The position numbers and the translations under genes were made by a program. Shown here one piece after another: positions 1-9,620 of a DNA stretch of 32,000 nt. Below the pieces are notes generated by a model. That model did no database searches. It saw nothing but the letters and a program-made list of their open reading frames with translations, and was not told where the DNA came from. The stretch's first letter is position 1; every line of letters starts with the position of its first letter. Source of the DNA: Pseudodesulfovibrio mercurii (lineage in GTDB: Bacteria; Desulfobacterota; Desulfovibrionia; Desulfovibrionales; Desulfovibrionaceae); NCBI RefSeq assembly GCF_000189295.2, contig NC_016803.1, positions 300,001-332,000 of the forward strand, written 5' to 3'.

Positions 1-1
1 C

Positions 2-532
2 TCGACCATGCTGGTCTTCACCTGCGGCGACGGGGTGCACGGCTTCACCCTGGACCCGAGCGTGGGCGAGTTCCTGCTCTCCCACCCGAACATCCGCATC
101 CCGGAGCAGGGCAAGATCTACTCGGTCAACGAGGGGTACGAGCGCTACTGGGACCGCCACACCAAGCAGGTCCTGGCCTATTTCAAGTCGCCCCAGAACG
201 CCCTGCGCAAGCCGTACTCCGGCCGCTACATCGGCTCCCTGGTGGCGGACTTCCACCGCAACCTGCTCTACGGCGGCATCTTCATGTATCCCGCCGACCT
301 GCGCGATCCCAAGAAGCCCACGGGCAAGCTCCGCCTGCTGTGCGAGTGCAACCCCATGTCCTTCATCGTGGAGCAGGCGGGCGGCCTGGCCATCGACGGC
401 CTGAACCGGGTCCTGGACATCGAGCCCGACCATCTGCACCAGCGCATTCCCTTTTTCTGTGGATCGCGCAACGACGTCAGGGTGGTTCAGGAGATCTACG
501 AATCCGAGTCCCGGAGAAAAAAGAACCGCTGA
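2..532 (+). CDS. fbp: Fructose-1,6-bisphosphatase class 1, C-terminal part (5' end outside the window)
   Basis: The frame is open from the window edge. The translation ([47 protein letters not shown]) matches the conserved C-terminal half of class I FBPases. The stop TGA at 530-532 overlaps the next start (TGATG). Confidence 0.9.
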   Translation, partial: STMLVFTCGDGVHGFTLDPSVGEFLLSHPNIRIPEQGKIYSVNEGYERYWDRHTKQVLAYFKSPQNALRKPYSGRYIGSLVADFHRNLLYGGIFMYPADLRDPKKPTGKLRLLCECNPMSFIVEQAGGLAIDGLNRVLDIEPDHLHQRIPFFCGSRNDVRVVQEIYESESRRKKNR

Positions 533-1623
533 TGCGCATCCTCGGCATCGAGACTTCCTGCGACGAGACCGCCGTGGCGGTGGTGGAGGACGGCCGTCTG
601 CTGGGCGAGCGACTGGCCACCCAGGTGGACACGCACGCCCTGTTCGGCGGCGTGGTCCCGGAGATCGCCTCGCGCGAACACCTGCGCGTCCTGCCCCGGC
701 TCTACCGGCGGCTTATGGCCGAGACCGGCCTTGACGCCGGCGACCTGGACGGCGTGGCCGTGGCGCGCGGTCCGGGGCTGCTCGGCAGCCTGCTGGTGGG
801 CGTGAGCTTCGCCAAGGGGCTCAGCCTGGCCTCCGGGGCGGACCTGATCGGGGTCAACCACCTCTGGGCGCACCTGCTCGCGCCGGGCCTGGAAGGGGAG
901 CTGCGTTTCCCGGCCCTGGGGCTGCTCGTTTCGGGCGGGCATACCCACATCTACCGGATATCGTCCCCAACGGAGTTCGAGCTGCTCGGCCGGACCCTGG
1001 ACGACGCCGCCGGGGAGGCCTTTGACAAGACCGCCAAGATGCTGAATTTTCCCTATCCGGGCGGGCGGTTCATCGACCAGCTGGCCCAGGAGGCCGAGCC
1101 GGATACCGACTTGTTCCCGAGGCCGTACATCGACAACCCGACCCTGGACTTCAGCTTCAGCGGGCTCAAGACGGCGGTGGCCAATTACGTGGCCGACCAT
1201 CCGGAGCTGGTCTTCGGGACCATGGCCGATCCGCAGGCCGTGGCCGACCTGCCCGGGGAGCGGCGGGCCGCCCTGGCCCGGGTCTGCGCCTCGTTCAACT
1301 GGGCCGTGGCCGACACCCTGCGCATCAAGGTGGAGCGCGCCCTGAAGCGGGAGGGCCGGATGGAGAGCCTGATCGTGGCCGGAGGCGTGGCCGCCAACAC
1401 GGGTGTGCGCCGCGCCATGGGCGTCGTGGCCGAGGCCTTCGGCATCGGACTGACCCTGCCGGGGCTGTCCCTGTGCACGGACAACGGGGCAATGGTCGCC
1501 TATGCCGGATGGCAGCTCGCCAGGGCGGGGTACCGGCACGGGCTCGACCTCGAAGCCATACCCCGGGGCCGTATCGTCCCGCAGGACTGGGAGCGGGCGG
1601 GTTCCGGCGTCGAGCAGGGGTGA
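532..1623 (+). CDS. tsaD: tRNA N6-adenosine threonylcarbamoyltransferase TsaD (Kae1/Gcp family)
   Basis: ATG at 532 gives [18 protein letters not shown], the canonical TsaD N-terminus. The metal-binding HxxxH (VNHLWAH) and the C-terminal CTDNGAM motif are present. The upstream extension of the ORF to 340 overlaps fbp and is rejected. Confidence 0.93.
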   Translation: MRILGIETSCDETAVAVVEDGRLLGERLATQVDTHALFGGVVPEIASREHLRVLPRLYRRLMAETGLDAGDLDGVAVARGPGLLGSLLVGVSFAKGLSLASGADLIGVNHLWAHLLAPGLEGELRFPALGLLVSGGHTHIYRISSPTEFELLGRTLDDAAGEAFDKTAKMLNFPYPGGRFIDQLAQEAEPDTDLFPRPYIDNPTLDFSFSGLKTAVANYVADHPELVFGTMADPQAVADLPGERRAALARVCASFNWAVADTLRIKVERALKREGRMESLIVAGGVAANTGVRRAMGVVAEAFGIGLTLPGLSLCTDNGAMVAYAGWQLARAGYRHGLDLEAIPRGRIVPQDWERAGSGVEQG

Positions 1624-1639
1624 AAATTCCGGCCACTCC

Positions 1640-1669
1640 TTGACAGTTGGGTACATGCGGACCTATTTT
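1640..1669 (+). promoter_or_regulatory. Candidate sigma70-type promoter for trxA-trxB (TTGACA-N18-TATTTT)
   Basis: TTGACA at 1640-1645 and TATTTT at 1664-1669 lie in the 144-nt AT-enriched gap upstream of trxA. This is sequence pattern only. Confidence 0.4.
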
Positions 1670-1767
1670 AAATAAATTGCGAAAACAATTGCGGCATGGC
1701 GCCGCCCCGGCCCTGCCGGACCATGAAAATACGCTGGCCCCCGGCCGAGCAAAAAAAGGAGAACTTC

Positions 1768-2088
1768 ATGGCGAACCAGATCACCGACGGTACTTTCGAG
1801 CAGGACGTTCTGCAAAGCGACATCCCGGTCCTCATCGACTTCTGGGCGCCTTGGTGCGGTCCCTGCCGCGCCATGGGTCCGGTCATCGACGAACTGGCCG
1901 AGGAGTTTGACGGCCAGGTCAAAATCGTCAAGATGAACGTTGACGAAAACTCCGCCACTCCCGGCAAATACGGCATCCGTGCCATTCCCACCCTGATCCT
2001 GTTCAAGGGCGGCGAAGTCCTCGACCAGTCCACCGGTGCCGTTTCCAAGAGCAGCATCAAGGAAATGATCACGAAAAAGGCGCTGTAA
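1768..2088 (+). CDS. trxA: Thioredoxin
   Basis: ATG at 1768 is preceded by AAAGGAGAA. The protein is 106 aa with the active site WAPWCGPC and typical thioredoxin length. The longer ORF from 1696 lacks an RBS. Confidence 0.95.
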   Translation: MANQITDGTFEQDVLQSDIPVLIDFWAPWCGPCRAMGPVIDELAEEFDGQVKIVKMNVDENSATPGKYGIRAIPTLILFKGGEVLDQSTGAVSKSSIKEMITKKAL

Positions 2089-2091
2089 TAG

Positions 2092-3009
2092 ATGGAAACG
2101 TATGACGCCGTAGTCATAGGGGGCGGCCCGGCAGGAATGACGGCTGCCCTTTATCTTTTACGGGCCGGGGTGAAGACCGCCATGGTCGAGAAGCTGTCCC
2201 CGGGCGGACAGGTTTTGATGACTTCGGAGATCGAGAACTACCCCGGTTTCCCCAAGGGACTCCAGGGGTGGGAGCTGGCTGACAAGTTCGCCAACCATCT
2301 CGAGGATTATGACCTGCACCGGATCAACGACGAGGTCCGCTCCATCAAGGTGGGCGCGCCCTGGCACACCATCACGGTGGGCGACCAGGAGATCGGAGGC
2401 AAGGCCGTGGTCCTGGCCACCGGCTCCCGCTACCGCAAGCTCGGCGTGCCCGGCGAGGACCGTCTGATCGGGCGGGGCGTGTCCTATTGCGCCCTGTGCG
2501 ACGGCAACTTCTTTCGCGGACGGAACGTGGCCGTCATCGGCGGCGGCAACTCCGCCCTTGAAGAGGCCCTGTACCTGTCGCGTCTGGTGAACAAGGTCTA
2601 CCTCATCCACCGGCGCGAGGATTTCCGCGGCCAGGTCTGCTATCAGGACAAGTGCTTCACCAACCAGAAGATCGAGGTCATCCGCAAGACCGTGGTGGAC
2701 GAGATCCTGGGCGAAAGCGACGTGGAGGCCCTGGCCCTGCGCAACGTCGAGAGCGGCGAGCAATCCCGCCTGGAACTCGACGGCGTCTTTATCTTCATCG
2801 GGTTCGAGCCGATCATCGACTTTGTGCCCGAGGACATCCGGACGGAGCGCAACGGGGTGATCACCGACGTGGAGATGCGCACCAACGTGCCGGGCATCTT
2901 CGCGGCCGGGGACATCCGGGCGAAGATGTGCCGTCAGGTGGCCTCCGCCGTGGGCGACGGGGCGACCGCCGCCACCGCCGCCTTTTCCTATCTTGAGCAA
3001 CTGGACTAG
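2092..3009 (+). CDS. trxB: Thioredoxin-disulfide reductase
   Basis: 305 aa with the FAD motif VIGGGPAGMTAA, the redox-active CALCDG (CxxC), the NAD(P)H motif GGGNSALEEA and a C-terminal AAGD. It starts 3 nt after trxA. Confidence 0.93.
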   Translation: METYDAVVIGGGPAGMTAALYLLRAGVKTAMVEKLSPGGQVLMTSEIENYPGFPKGLQGWELADKFANHLEDYDLHRINDEVRSIKVGAPWHTITVGDQEIGGKAVVLATGSRYRKLGVPGEDRLIGRGVSYCALCDGNFFRGRNVAVIGGGNSALEEALYLSRLVNKVYLIHRREDFRGQVCYQDKCFTNQKIEVIRKTVVDEILGESDVEALALRNVESGEQSRLELDGVFIFIGFEPIIDFVPEDIRTERNGVITDVEMRTNVPGIFAAGDIRAKMCRQVASAVGDGATAATAAFSYLEQLD

Positions 3010-3017
3010 GAGTCCCC

Positions 3018-3746
3018 ATGCGTCGATTATTGGCCCCTGTCCTTATTGTCGTCCTCTTGTCCCTTGCGGGCTGCATGTGGATCGACAGTTATTTCCTGCC
3101 CCCGCCCGAGGATACGGCCCAGGAGCTGTACGAAGCGGGTGTGGCGGCCATGGACGAGAAGGACTACGGGGACGCCCAGGACTACTTCTCAAAGCTCAAG
3201 GACCGCTTCCCGTTCAGCCCGTACTCCCTCAAGGGTGAACTGGCCCTGGGTGACGCCTACTTCCTGGACGAGGATTACGTGCACGCCCTGGACGCGTACA
3301 AGGAGTTCGAGGCGCTGCACCCGAGCAACGAGAACATCCCCTACGTGCTCTACCAGATCGCCAACACAGACGTGTCCATGTTCCGGACCATCGACCGGCG
3401 GCAGGAGAACGTCAAGGAAGGGCTGGAGTACCTCTACCGCCTGGTGGAGACCTACCCCAAGTCGCAGTACGCCGAAGCGGCCAAGGAAATGATCCTCAAG
3501 AGCCGCCGCATCCTGGCGGAGCACGAGGTCTTCGTGGCCGACTTCTTCTGGCGCACGGAGCAGTACGGTCCGGCCTGGCACCGCTACCAGTACGTGGTGG
3601 AGAACTTTTCGGACATCCCCGATTTGCGCGACTACGCCATGAAGCGGGCCGAATACTCCTACTTCGAATATCAGAAGACCCTGTCCGAGGAAGAGCGGGA
3701 GCGCATCCAGGGGAGCTGGAAGCTCTGGCTCAAGCAGTGGCTCTAG
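3018..3746 (+). CDS. bamD: Outer membrane protein assembly factor BamD (YfiO-like TPR lipoprotein)
   Basis: The signal peptide has the lipobox LSLAGC. The ~240-aa protein has TPR-like repeats (YEAGVAAMDEKDYGDAQDYFSKL, GDAYFLDEDYVHALDAYKEF), typical of BamD. Confidence 0.8.
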   Translation: MRRLLAPVLIVVLLSLAGCMWIDSYFLPPPEDTAQELYEAGVAAMDEKDYGDAQDYFSKLKDRFPFSPYSLKGELALGDAYFLDEDYVHALDAYKEFEALHPSNENIPYVLYQIANTDVSMFRTIDRRQENVKEGLEYLYRLVETYPKSQYAEAAKEMILKSRRILAEHEVFVADFFWRTEQYGPAWHRYQYVVENFSDIPDLRDYAMKRAEYSYFEYQKTLSEEERERIQGSWKLWLKQWL

Positions 3747-3780
3747 GAGCCGCCCAACCCTTCAGCCGTCGACCGTTCCC

Positions 3781-4644
3781 ATGCCTGAACCGGAATTGTC
3801 CCTTCCCGACCTGATTGGCGAGTCCCTGGTGGACGACGCCCTGTTCGCGCTCGCCTATGAGGCGTCCACGGACAACGGGCGCGCGTTGATGAAGACCTGC
3901 ATCGCCCGGCTGTACGACTGGTACGGCCCGCGCAAGGACGCGGCCCGCGAGGTCGCGACCAGCTGGCGGGGCGGGTTCGACTCCATCCGCCGGACCGCGC
4001 CCGTGGACGTCGCCCTGGTCCTGTTCGACGGGGCCATGACCTCTCCGGCCCGGCTACTGGCCGGGCTGGTGCCCGCCATCGCCTGCGGCGTGCGCCGGGT
4101 CCTGGCCGTCCGCCTGGACGAGCGGGGTCCCTGGGCCCCCGGTCTGCTCACGGCCCTGGAACTGGCCGGGCAGGAACTGGTGGCCGATCTTGACCGCGCC
4201 GGGCTCGCAGGCCTGTTCGCCGAACTGGCGGCCGCCGGGGCGAGCGTGGCGGTCATCGACCTGGCCTCGGACCCGGCGTCCTGTCCCGAACGGGCCGGGC
4301 TGGCCGTGCACCGGCCGGTCTTCGGCCGCGGCGTCGCCGTGTTCCTGGAGGACGCGGAGACCTTCGATCTCGACGCCCTGGTCCGCACCCACCCAGACAC
4401 CGCGTTCACCACCTTCGGGGCGGACGTCCCCCTGCCCGACGGCTTTACGCGCGGCGGGGCGGACTTCCCGGCCTTCCTGGACGCGGTCCGCGACGTGGCC
4501 TACGCCCCGACCGCACGCGCGGGCGAGACCCTGGGCCGCGCCCGGCTGGTCCTGGGCCCCGGCCAGGAGGGATGTTGGGTCTGGCCCGAACTGCAACCGG
4601 AATTTTTCCTTCACCACCGCACCGCCTGGACCATCGGAGACTGA
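3781..4644 (+). CDS. Hypothetical protein (287 aa, no recognisable motif)
   Basis: Long ORF in the same orientation as its neighbours. Its stop TGA (4642-4644) lies 2 nt before the GTG start of the EF-G paralog, which suggests co-transcription. I could not place any family signature by eye. Confidence 0.6.
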   Translation: MPEPELSLPDLIGESLVDDALFALAYEASTDNGRALMKTCIARLYDWYGPRKDAAREVATSWRGGFDSIRRTAPVDVALVLFDGAMTSPARLLAGLVPAIACGVRRVLAVRLDERGPWAPGLLTALELAGQELVADLDRAGLAGLFAELAAAGASVAVIDLASDPASCPERAGLAVHRPVFGRGVAVFLEDAETFDLDALVRTHPDTAFTTFGADVPLPDGFTRGGADFPAFLDAVRDVAYAPTARAGETLGRARLVLGPGQEGCWVWPELQPEFFLHHRTAWTIGD

Positions 4645-4646
4645 TC

Positions 4647-6698
4647 GTGAGCAAGAGCAACGCCCCTTCGGCGAAGGTTCTCGGCAACCTCCGCAATATC
4701 GGCATCATCGCGCACATCGATGCCGGAAAAACCACGTTGACCGAGAGAATCCTCTATTATTCCGGAAAGATTCACCGCATCGGCGAGGTCCATGAGGGCA
4801 CGGCCACCATGGACTACATGCCCGAGGAACAGGAGCGCGGCATCACCATCACCTCGGCCGTGACCACCTGTCAGTGGGACCCGTGCATGATCAACATCAT
4901 CGACACGCCGGGCCACGTGGACTTCACCATCGAGGTGGAGCGCTCCCTGCGCGTGCTCGACGGGGCCGTGGGCGTGTTCTGCGGGGTCAGCGGCGTGGAG
5001 CCGCAGTCCGAGACCGTCTGGCGGCAGTCCGAGTCCTATCACGTGCCCAAGCTCGCCTTCGTCAACAAGATGGACCGCCTGGGCGCGGACTTCGCGGCCG
5101 TGCTCGAATCCATGGTCCAGAAGCTTCGGGCCAACCCCGTGGCCATCCAGTACCCGGACGGCGAGGGCCAGGAATTTTCCGGCGTGTTCGACTTGGTGAC
5201 CATGGAGCGGCTCCAGTTCGACCAGGCGACCAGCGGGGCCGAGTACTCGCGCACCCCGGTGAGCGGGGAGCAGGCCGAGATGCTCTCTCCCTGGCGCGAG
5301 AAGCTCATCGAGGCCGCGGCCGAGGAGGACGAGGAAATCCTCGACCTCTACCTGTCCGGCGAGGAGGTCCCGGCCGACAGGATTCACGCGGCCCTGCGCA
5401 AGGGCACCCTGGCCCGCCGGTTCGTGCCCGTGCTGGTCGGCTCGGCCCTCAAGAACGTCGGCGTGCAGCCGGTCCTGGACGCGGTCTGCCGCTACCTGCC
5501 GAGCCCCCTGGACGTGCCGCCCGCCACGGGCGTGGACCCGGTCACGCACACGAAGAAACATTTCGAGGTCTCCTCCAAGGAGCCCCTGTCCGCCCTGGTC
5601 TTCAAGGTGGCCATGGACTCCGGCCGCAAGCTGGCCATGATGCGCATCTATTCCGGGCGCATCGAGGCGGGCGGGACCGTGTACAACGTGACCCAGGACC
5701 AGGACGAGCGCGTGGCCCGGCTGTTTCGGCTGCACGCGGGCCGCAAGGAGAAGATCGACGCGGCCTTTGCGGGCGACATGGTGGCCGCTGCGGGCATGAA
5801 GTACGCCCGTACGGGCGACACCCTGTGCGACCGCTCCTCGCCGGTCCTCCTCGAACAGATCGCGGACTACAAGCCGGTCATCTCCCTGGCCATCGAGCCG
5901 CGCAACACCGAGGAGGGCGACAAGCTCGACGAGGTCCTGGAAAAATATCTCCTGGAGGACCCGACCCTGGACCTCAAGCACGACGAGGACACGGGCCAGA
6001 TCATCCTGTCCGGCATGGGCGAGCTGCACCTGGAGGTCATCCTGGAGCGGCTCGGCCGCGAGTACGGCCTGACGCCGCGCGCGGGCAAGCCGCAGGTGGT
6101 CTACCAGGAGACCGTGGGCGCCAAGGGCGCGGGCAAGGGCGTGTTCAGCCGCGAGCTGGGCGAGGTCATGCATTTCGGTGCGGTGGAGCTGTCCGTGGAG
6201 CCGTTGCCCAGGGACAAGGAACGGAGCATCTCCTTCGAGGTGGACACCGAGGCCTGGCCCGCCGCCTGGCTGGAGGCCGTGGAGGACGGCATCACCGACG
6301 GGTTGCAGAGCGGCGTGATCCGGGGCTACCCGGTGCAGAACGTGCGCGTGCGGGTGCTCGGCCTTGAACGGCGGGAGGGCGAGTCCAGCCCGGTGGGCTA
6401 CCGCATGGCCTCGGCCATGGCCCTGAAGGACGCCCTGGCCAACGCCGATCCCAAGCTCATGGAGCCGATTATGTGGGTGGAGATCTCCGTGCCCGAGGAG
6501 TTCGTCGGCGACGTGGTCGGCCTGCTCGGCTCCAAGGGGGCCAAGATCGAGAATATGATCGACCGGCACGGGCTCAAGATCGTCCAGGGACTGGCCCCGC
6601 TGGCCAGCCTGTTCGGCTTTTCCACGGACCTGCGCTCGGCCACCCAGGGCCGCGCCGGGTTCATGATGAAGTTTTCACGTTTTGACGTCCTGGAGTAG
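4647..6698 (+). CDS. fusA: Elongation factor G paralog (EF-G2-like translational GTPase)
   Basis: G motifs [17 protein letters not shown] and NKMD are present, with EF-G domains II-V throughout and a length of ~683 aa. I chose the GTG at 4647 (VSKSNAPS) because the in-frame ATG at 4572 would overlap the upstream gene by 73 nt. The gene is not in an rpsL-rpsG-fusA-tuf context. Confidence 0.88.
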   Translation: MSKSNAPSAKVLGNLRNIGIIAHIDAGKTTLTERILYYSGKIHRIGEVHEGTATMDYMPEEQERGITITSAVTTCQWDPCMINIIDTPGHVDFTIEVERSLRVLDGAVGVFCGVSGVEPQSETVWRQSESYHVPKLAFVNKMDRLGADFAAVLESMVQKLRANPVAIQYPDGEGQEFSGVFDLVTMERLQFDQATSGAEYSRTPVSGEQAEMLSPWREKLIEAAAEEDEEILDLYLSGEEVPADRIHAALRKGTLARRFVPVLVGSALKNVGVQPVLDAVCRYLPSPLDVPPATGVDPVTHTKKHFEVSSKEPLSALVFKVAMDSGRKLAMMRIYSGRIEAGGTVYNVTQDQDERVARLFRLHAGRKEKIDAAFAGDMVAAAGMKYARTGDTLCDRSSPVLLEQIADYKPVISLAIEPRNTEEGDKLDEVLEKYLLEDPTLDLKHDEDTGQIILSGMGELHLEVILERLGREYGLTPRAGKPQVVYQETVGAKGAGKGVFSRELGEVMHFGAVELSVEPLPRDKERSISFEVDTEAWPAAWLEAVEDGITDGLQSGVIRGYPVQNVRVRVLGLERREGESSPVGYRMASAMALKDALANADPKLMEPIMWVEISVPEEFVGDVVGLLGSKGAKIENMIDRHGLKIVQGLAPLASLFGFSTDLRSATQGRAGFMMKFSRFDVLE

Positions 6699-6701
6699 CT
6701 G

Positions 6702-7241
6702 TTGACCCAGATGATTTCCCGCCGGACGCCCCCGGAAAAGCCGTCGAAACGGTCCTTCCGGGAATGGTGGAGGGGCAGCAAGCGCTGGATGCGGTACTGG
6801 TACCTGCGTCTCATGCGCCAGAACTCGTCGCCCAAGAACCTGGCCGCGGCCTGCGCGTTGGGCATGTTCATCGGCGCGCTGCCCATCATCCCGTTCCAGT
6901 CCGTGGTGGTCATCGCCCTGGCCTTCGTCCTGCGGGTCAACAAGCTGGCCGCGTGGCTGGCCACCTGTTACTCCAACGCGGCCACCATGGTCCCGTTCTA
7001 CTACTTCCTCTTCCAGGTGGGCCAGGCGGTCACGCCCTTCCACGACGTGGCCTTCGACCCGGACAAGCTGCGCATGGTGGACATGATCCACGCGGGCTGG
7101 CAGGTCTTCGGGGTCATGTTCGCGGGCGGCCTGGCCTTCGGCATCCCGGCCACCATCGTGACCTATTTCTTCTCCCTGTACGCCATCCGCCGCTACCGCA
7201 GGCGGCGGGCCGTGCGCATCCTGCGCAAGCGCGAGGGATAG
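6702..7241 (+). CDS. DUF2062 family membrane protein
   Basis: The N-terminus is basic. A conserved-looking block, SPKNLAAACALGMFIGALPIIPFQSVVVIALAFVLRVNKLAAWLATCYSN, is typical of DUF2062, and hydrophobic helices follow. The start is either TTG 6702 or ATG 6711. Confidence 0.7.
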   Translation: MTQMISRRTPPEKPSKRSFREWWRGSKRWMRYWYLRLMRQNSSPKNLAAACALGMFIGALPIIPFQSVVVIALAFVLRVNKLAAWLATCYSNAATMVPFYYFLFQVGQAVTPFHDVAFDPDKLRMVDMIHAGWQVFGVMFAGGLAFGIPATIVTYFFSLYAIRRYRRRRAVRILRKREG

Positions 7242-7397
7242 CCGCCCCGGTCCCCGCGCCTTCCGTCCCCGGCCGCCCCGGCCGGACGCGATCCGTTTTT
7301 CCCGGCCAATAATTGCCAATATCCCGAAGAGAGGATAGTGGTGATCCGGTATACGCCTTTCCCTCTGCCGTTCACCTCAGCGCATGGAGCCATTTGC

Positions 7398-9479
7398 ATG
7401 CCGGTACGTCCCATGACGAAGATGATCCTGTTGGGCCTGGCCCTGTGCAGCCTGTTCGCCCTGGCCGCCACCCGAGAGGGGTGGTCGTATTACGGCCTGG
7501 CGGCGGGTGGTGCGCTGCTCGTCTGTCTTGCCGTCGGCGCCGCGTTGGAGAGGGCCGAGGCCCGGCTTCGGGCGGCCCTGGACCGGCTGGTCCGGGGCGG
7601 CGAGTTGCCCGAGGAGGACCGGGGCCTGCTCTGCGGAGCGCTGCTCCCGCTGGCCGGGGGGCTGGCCGCGCAACGCGAGGAGGCGGCCGCCGCCGAACGG
7701 GCCTTTCGGGCCCAGGGCAGCCCGGCCCTGATGTGCGACGCCAAGGGGCGCATCCGTCTGGTCACCGGGTCCCTGCTGGCCATCCTGCGCAAGGCCGAGG
7801 AACAGGTGGTCGGCCGGACCGTGAGCCAGGCCCTGTACGACCGAGACGGGGTTTCGGTGACGGAAAAGGCCCTGCGGACCATGAAGCCCGTGGCCGAGAC
7901 CCTGGACCTCAAATTGTGGGACGGGCGGATCGTGCCGGTGCAGCTTTCCGTGAATTTCGTCCTGGACGGGGCGGGTACGGCCATGGGGGCCGTGGCCTCC
8001 TTCCTGGACCTGTCCGAGCAGATGGGCCGCCGGCGGGAGCTGGAGGAGCAGCGCGGACGCATGAGGCAGGCGGGCGAGCGCATCAGCGACCTGGCCGAGC
8101 ACGTGGCCTCGGCCACGGAACTGCTTTCGGCCTCGGCCGACGAACAGGCCCAGGGCGCGCAGAAGCAGCGCCGTCAGACCGCCTCGGTGGCCACGGCCAT
8201 GGAGGAGATGACCGGCACGGTGCTGGAGGTGGCCCGCAACGCCACGGCGACCAGCGAGGCCGCGGACGAGGCCAACACCTCGGCCGCCGAGGGCGCGGCC
8301 ATGGTCAACGACGCGGTGTCGGCCATCAACCAGGTGGCCGAGTCGGCCCGCCAGCTGGGCCGGGAGATCGGTGAACTGGATTCCCAGGCCGGGGCCATCG
8401 GCCGGATCATCAACGTCATCAACGACATCGCGGACCAGACCAACCTGCTGGCCCTGAACGCTGCCATTGAGGCGGCCCGTGCGGGCGACGCGGGCAGGGG
8501 GTTCGCGGTGGTGGCCGACGAGGTGCGCAAGCTGGCCGAGAAGACCGTGGACGCCACCAAGGAGGTGGAGAAGGCCATCATCGCCATACAGGCGCGCTCC
8601 AAGGAGGCCACCAGTTCCATGCAGGCCACGGCGGCCAGGGTGGAGGAGAGCACGGCCCTGTCCAACCGCGCGGGCGAGTCCCTGCAACGGATCATGGACA
8701 ACATCCGCGACATGGTCGCGCGGGTGGCCCAGATCGCCACAGCCGCCGAGGAGCAATCCTCGGCCGCCGAGGAGATCATGCGCAGCGTGGAGGACATCGC
8801 CTCCATCGCCGAGGACGCGGACGAGGCCGCCGGACAGGCCGCCGGGGCCACCCGGGACATGGCCGAACTGGCCCGGGAACTGCTCGGCGTGTCCAGGGAG
8901 TTCGGCAGCGACGAGACCGGGGCGGGCGGCAGGCTGCGCCGCTCCGAGGGAGAGATGAAGGGCGTCCTGCCCAAGCTGGCCCAGGAGTACGTGCGCAAGA
9001 CCTTCGGCCAGGCGGTCTACGATGCCATGCAGGAGGAGATGGGCAATCCGGTCTTCCTGCCCGGCGACAGCTACCCGGACCAGGCCCTGCTTCAGATGGC
9101 CGAGATTGCGGCGGGGAGCGCGGGCGTCGAGGTCCGGGAGTTCTTCATCGGCCTGGGGAAGTACACGGTGGGCCGCTTCAACGAGCTCTATCCCGGCTAT
9201 TTCAAGAAGGACTCGCTCAAGGACTTCTACCTGCGCATGAACGACGTCCACGCCCAGCTGACCAAGGCCCAGCCGGGCATCAAACCGCCCACCTTCACCT
9301 ACGAGGACAAGGGCGACGTCCTGTTCATGAACTACCGTTCGAGCCGGGGGCTGTTCGACTACTTCGAGGGCATCCTGCTCGGCGCGGCTGACTTCAAGGG
9401 CGAGCGGGCCGAGATCGTCGTGAAGCCCTTTGACGGCCAGTCGGCCCGCGCCGAGATCCGATTCCTCGGTCCCCGCTAG
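7398..9479 (+). CDS. Methyl-accepting chemotaxis protein: TM hairpin, cytoplasmic PAS, MA signalling domain, C-terminal H-NOX domain
   Basis: The highly conserved MCP hairpin tip [44 protein letters not shown] is present. Two N-terminal TM helices are separated by only about 5 residues (TREGW). A PAS-like segment lies at about nt 7695-8018. The C-terminal 174 aa are H-NOX-like. ATG 7398 is preferred (GGAG 8 nt upstream); ATG 7413, ATG 7422 and the start codon opening the ORF at 7338 remain possible. Confidence 0.88.
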   Translation: MPVRPMTKMILLGLALCSLFALAATREGWSYYGLAAGGALLVCLAVGAALERAEARLRAALDRLVRGGELPEEDRGLLCGALLPLAGGLAAQREEAAAAERAFRAQGSPALMCDAKGRIRLVTGSLLAILRKAEEQVVGRTVSQALYDRDGVSVTEKALRTMKPVAETLDLKLWDGRIVPVQLSVNFVLDGAGTAMGAVASFLDLSEQMGRRRELEEQRGRMRQAGERISDLAEHVASATELLSASADEQAQGAQKQRRQTASVATAMEEMTGTVLEVARNATATSEAADEANTSAAEGAAMVNDAVSAINQVAESARQLGREIGELDSQAGAIGRIINVINDIADQTNLLALNAAIEAARAGDAGRGFAVVADEVRKLAEKTVDATKEVEKAIIAIQARSKEATSSMQATAARVEESTALSNRAGESLQRIMDNIRDMVARVAQIATAAEEQSSAAEEIMRSVEDIASIAEDADEAAGQAAGATRDMAELARELLGVSREFGSDETGAGGRLRRSEGEMKGVLPKLAQEYVRKTFGQAVYDAMQEEMGNPVFLPGDSYPDQALLQMAEIAAGSAGVEVREFFIGLGKYTVGRFNELYPGYFKKDSLKDFYLRMNDVHAQLTKAQPGIKPPTFTYEDKGDVLFMNYRSSRGLFDYFEGILLGAADFKGERAEIVVKPFDGQSARAEIRFLGPR
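8955..9476 (+). other. H-NOX (heme-NO/oxygen binding, HNOB) domain at the C-terminus of the MCP
   Basis: The domain starts [13 protein letters not shown] and contains YPGYF and NDVHAQLTK (candidate proximal His, codon 9249-9251). It also has PP, the heme-propionate motif YRSSR (Y-x-S-x-R), then [10 protein letters not shown]. These are collinear with the Caldanaerobacter tengcongensis H-NOX as I remember it (MKGTIVG, FPSYF, DEVHLQLTK, YVSKR, YDYFLGLIEG). Confidence 0.75.
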
Positions 9480-9620
9480 GCCGCCCCCTCGTTTCGGAAA
9501 AGATTATAATGGTCTATTCCGCACTTTCCGGTTGATATACTGTCAGTACGCCGCAAGTGGCCAACCTGTCCGGTGCACGCTCGTGAAGGCACGGGAATCT
9601 GACGTGAGGAGAGTGGCGGA

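Noticed and set aside
4572-4646. ATG at 4572 as the start of the EF-G paralog.
   Set aside because: It would overlap the preceding ORF by 73 nt and add 25 residues ([25 protein letters not shown]) that are unlike EF-G N-termini. The GTG at 4647 leaves the usual short lead before the G1 motif.
7305-7322. GCCAATAA / GCCAATAT duplicated motif upstream of the MCP, resembling the sigma28 (FliA) -10 element GCCGATAA.
   Set aside because: No TAAA-like -35 element lies at the expected ~15-nt spacing, and there is one mismatch in the -10 element. The evidence is too weak to call a promoter, although sigma28 control of a chemoreceptor would be plausible.
9505-9510. Perfect TATAAT hexamer in the MCP-cheA intergenic region.
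   Set aside because: No acceptable -35 lies 16-19 nt upstream (that region is CGCCCC), so it could be chance in the only AT-rich patch. cheA may also be co-transcribed with the MCP.
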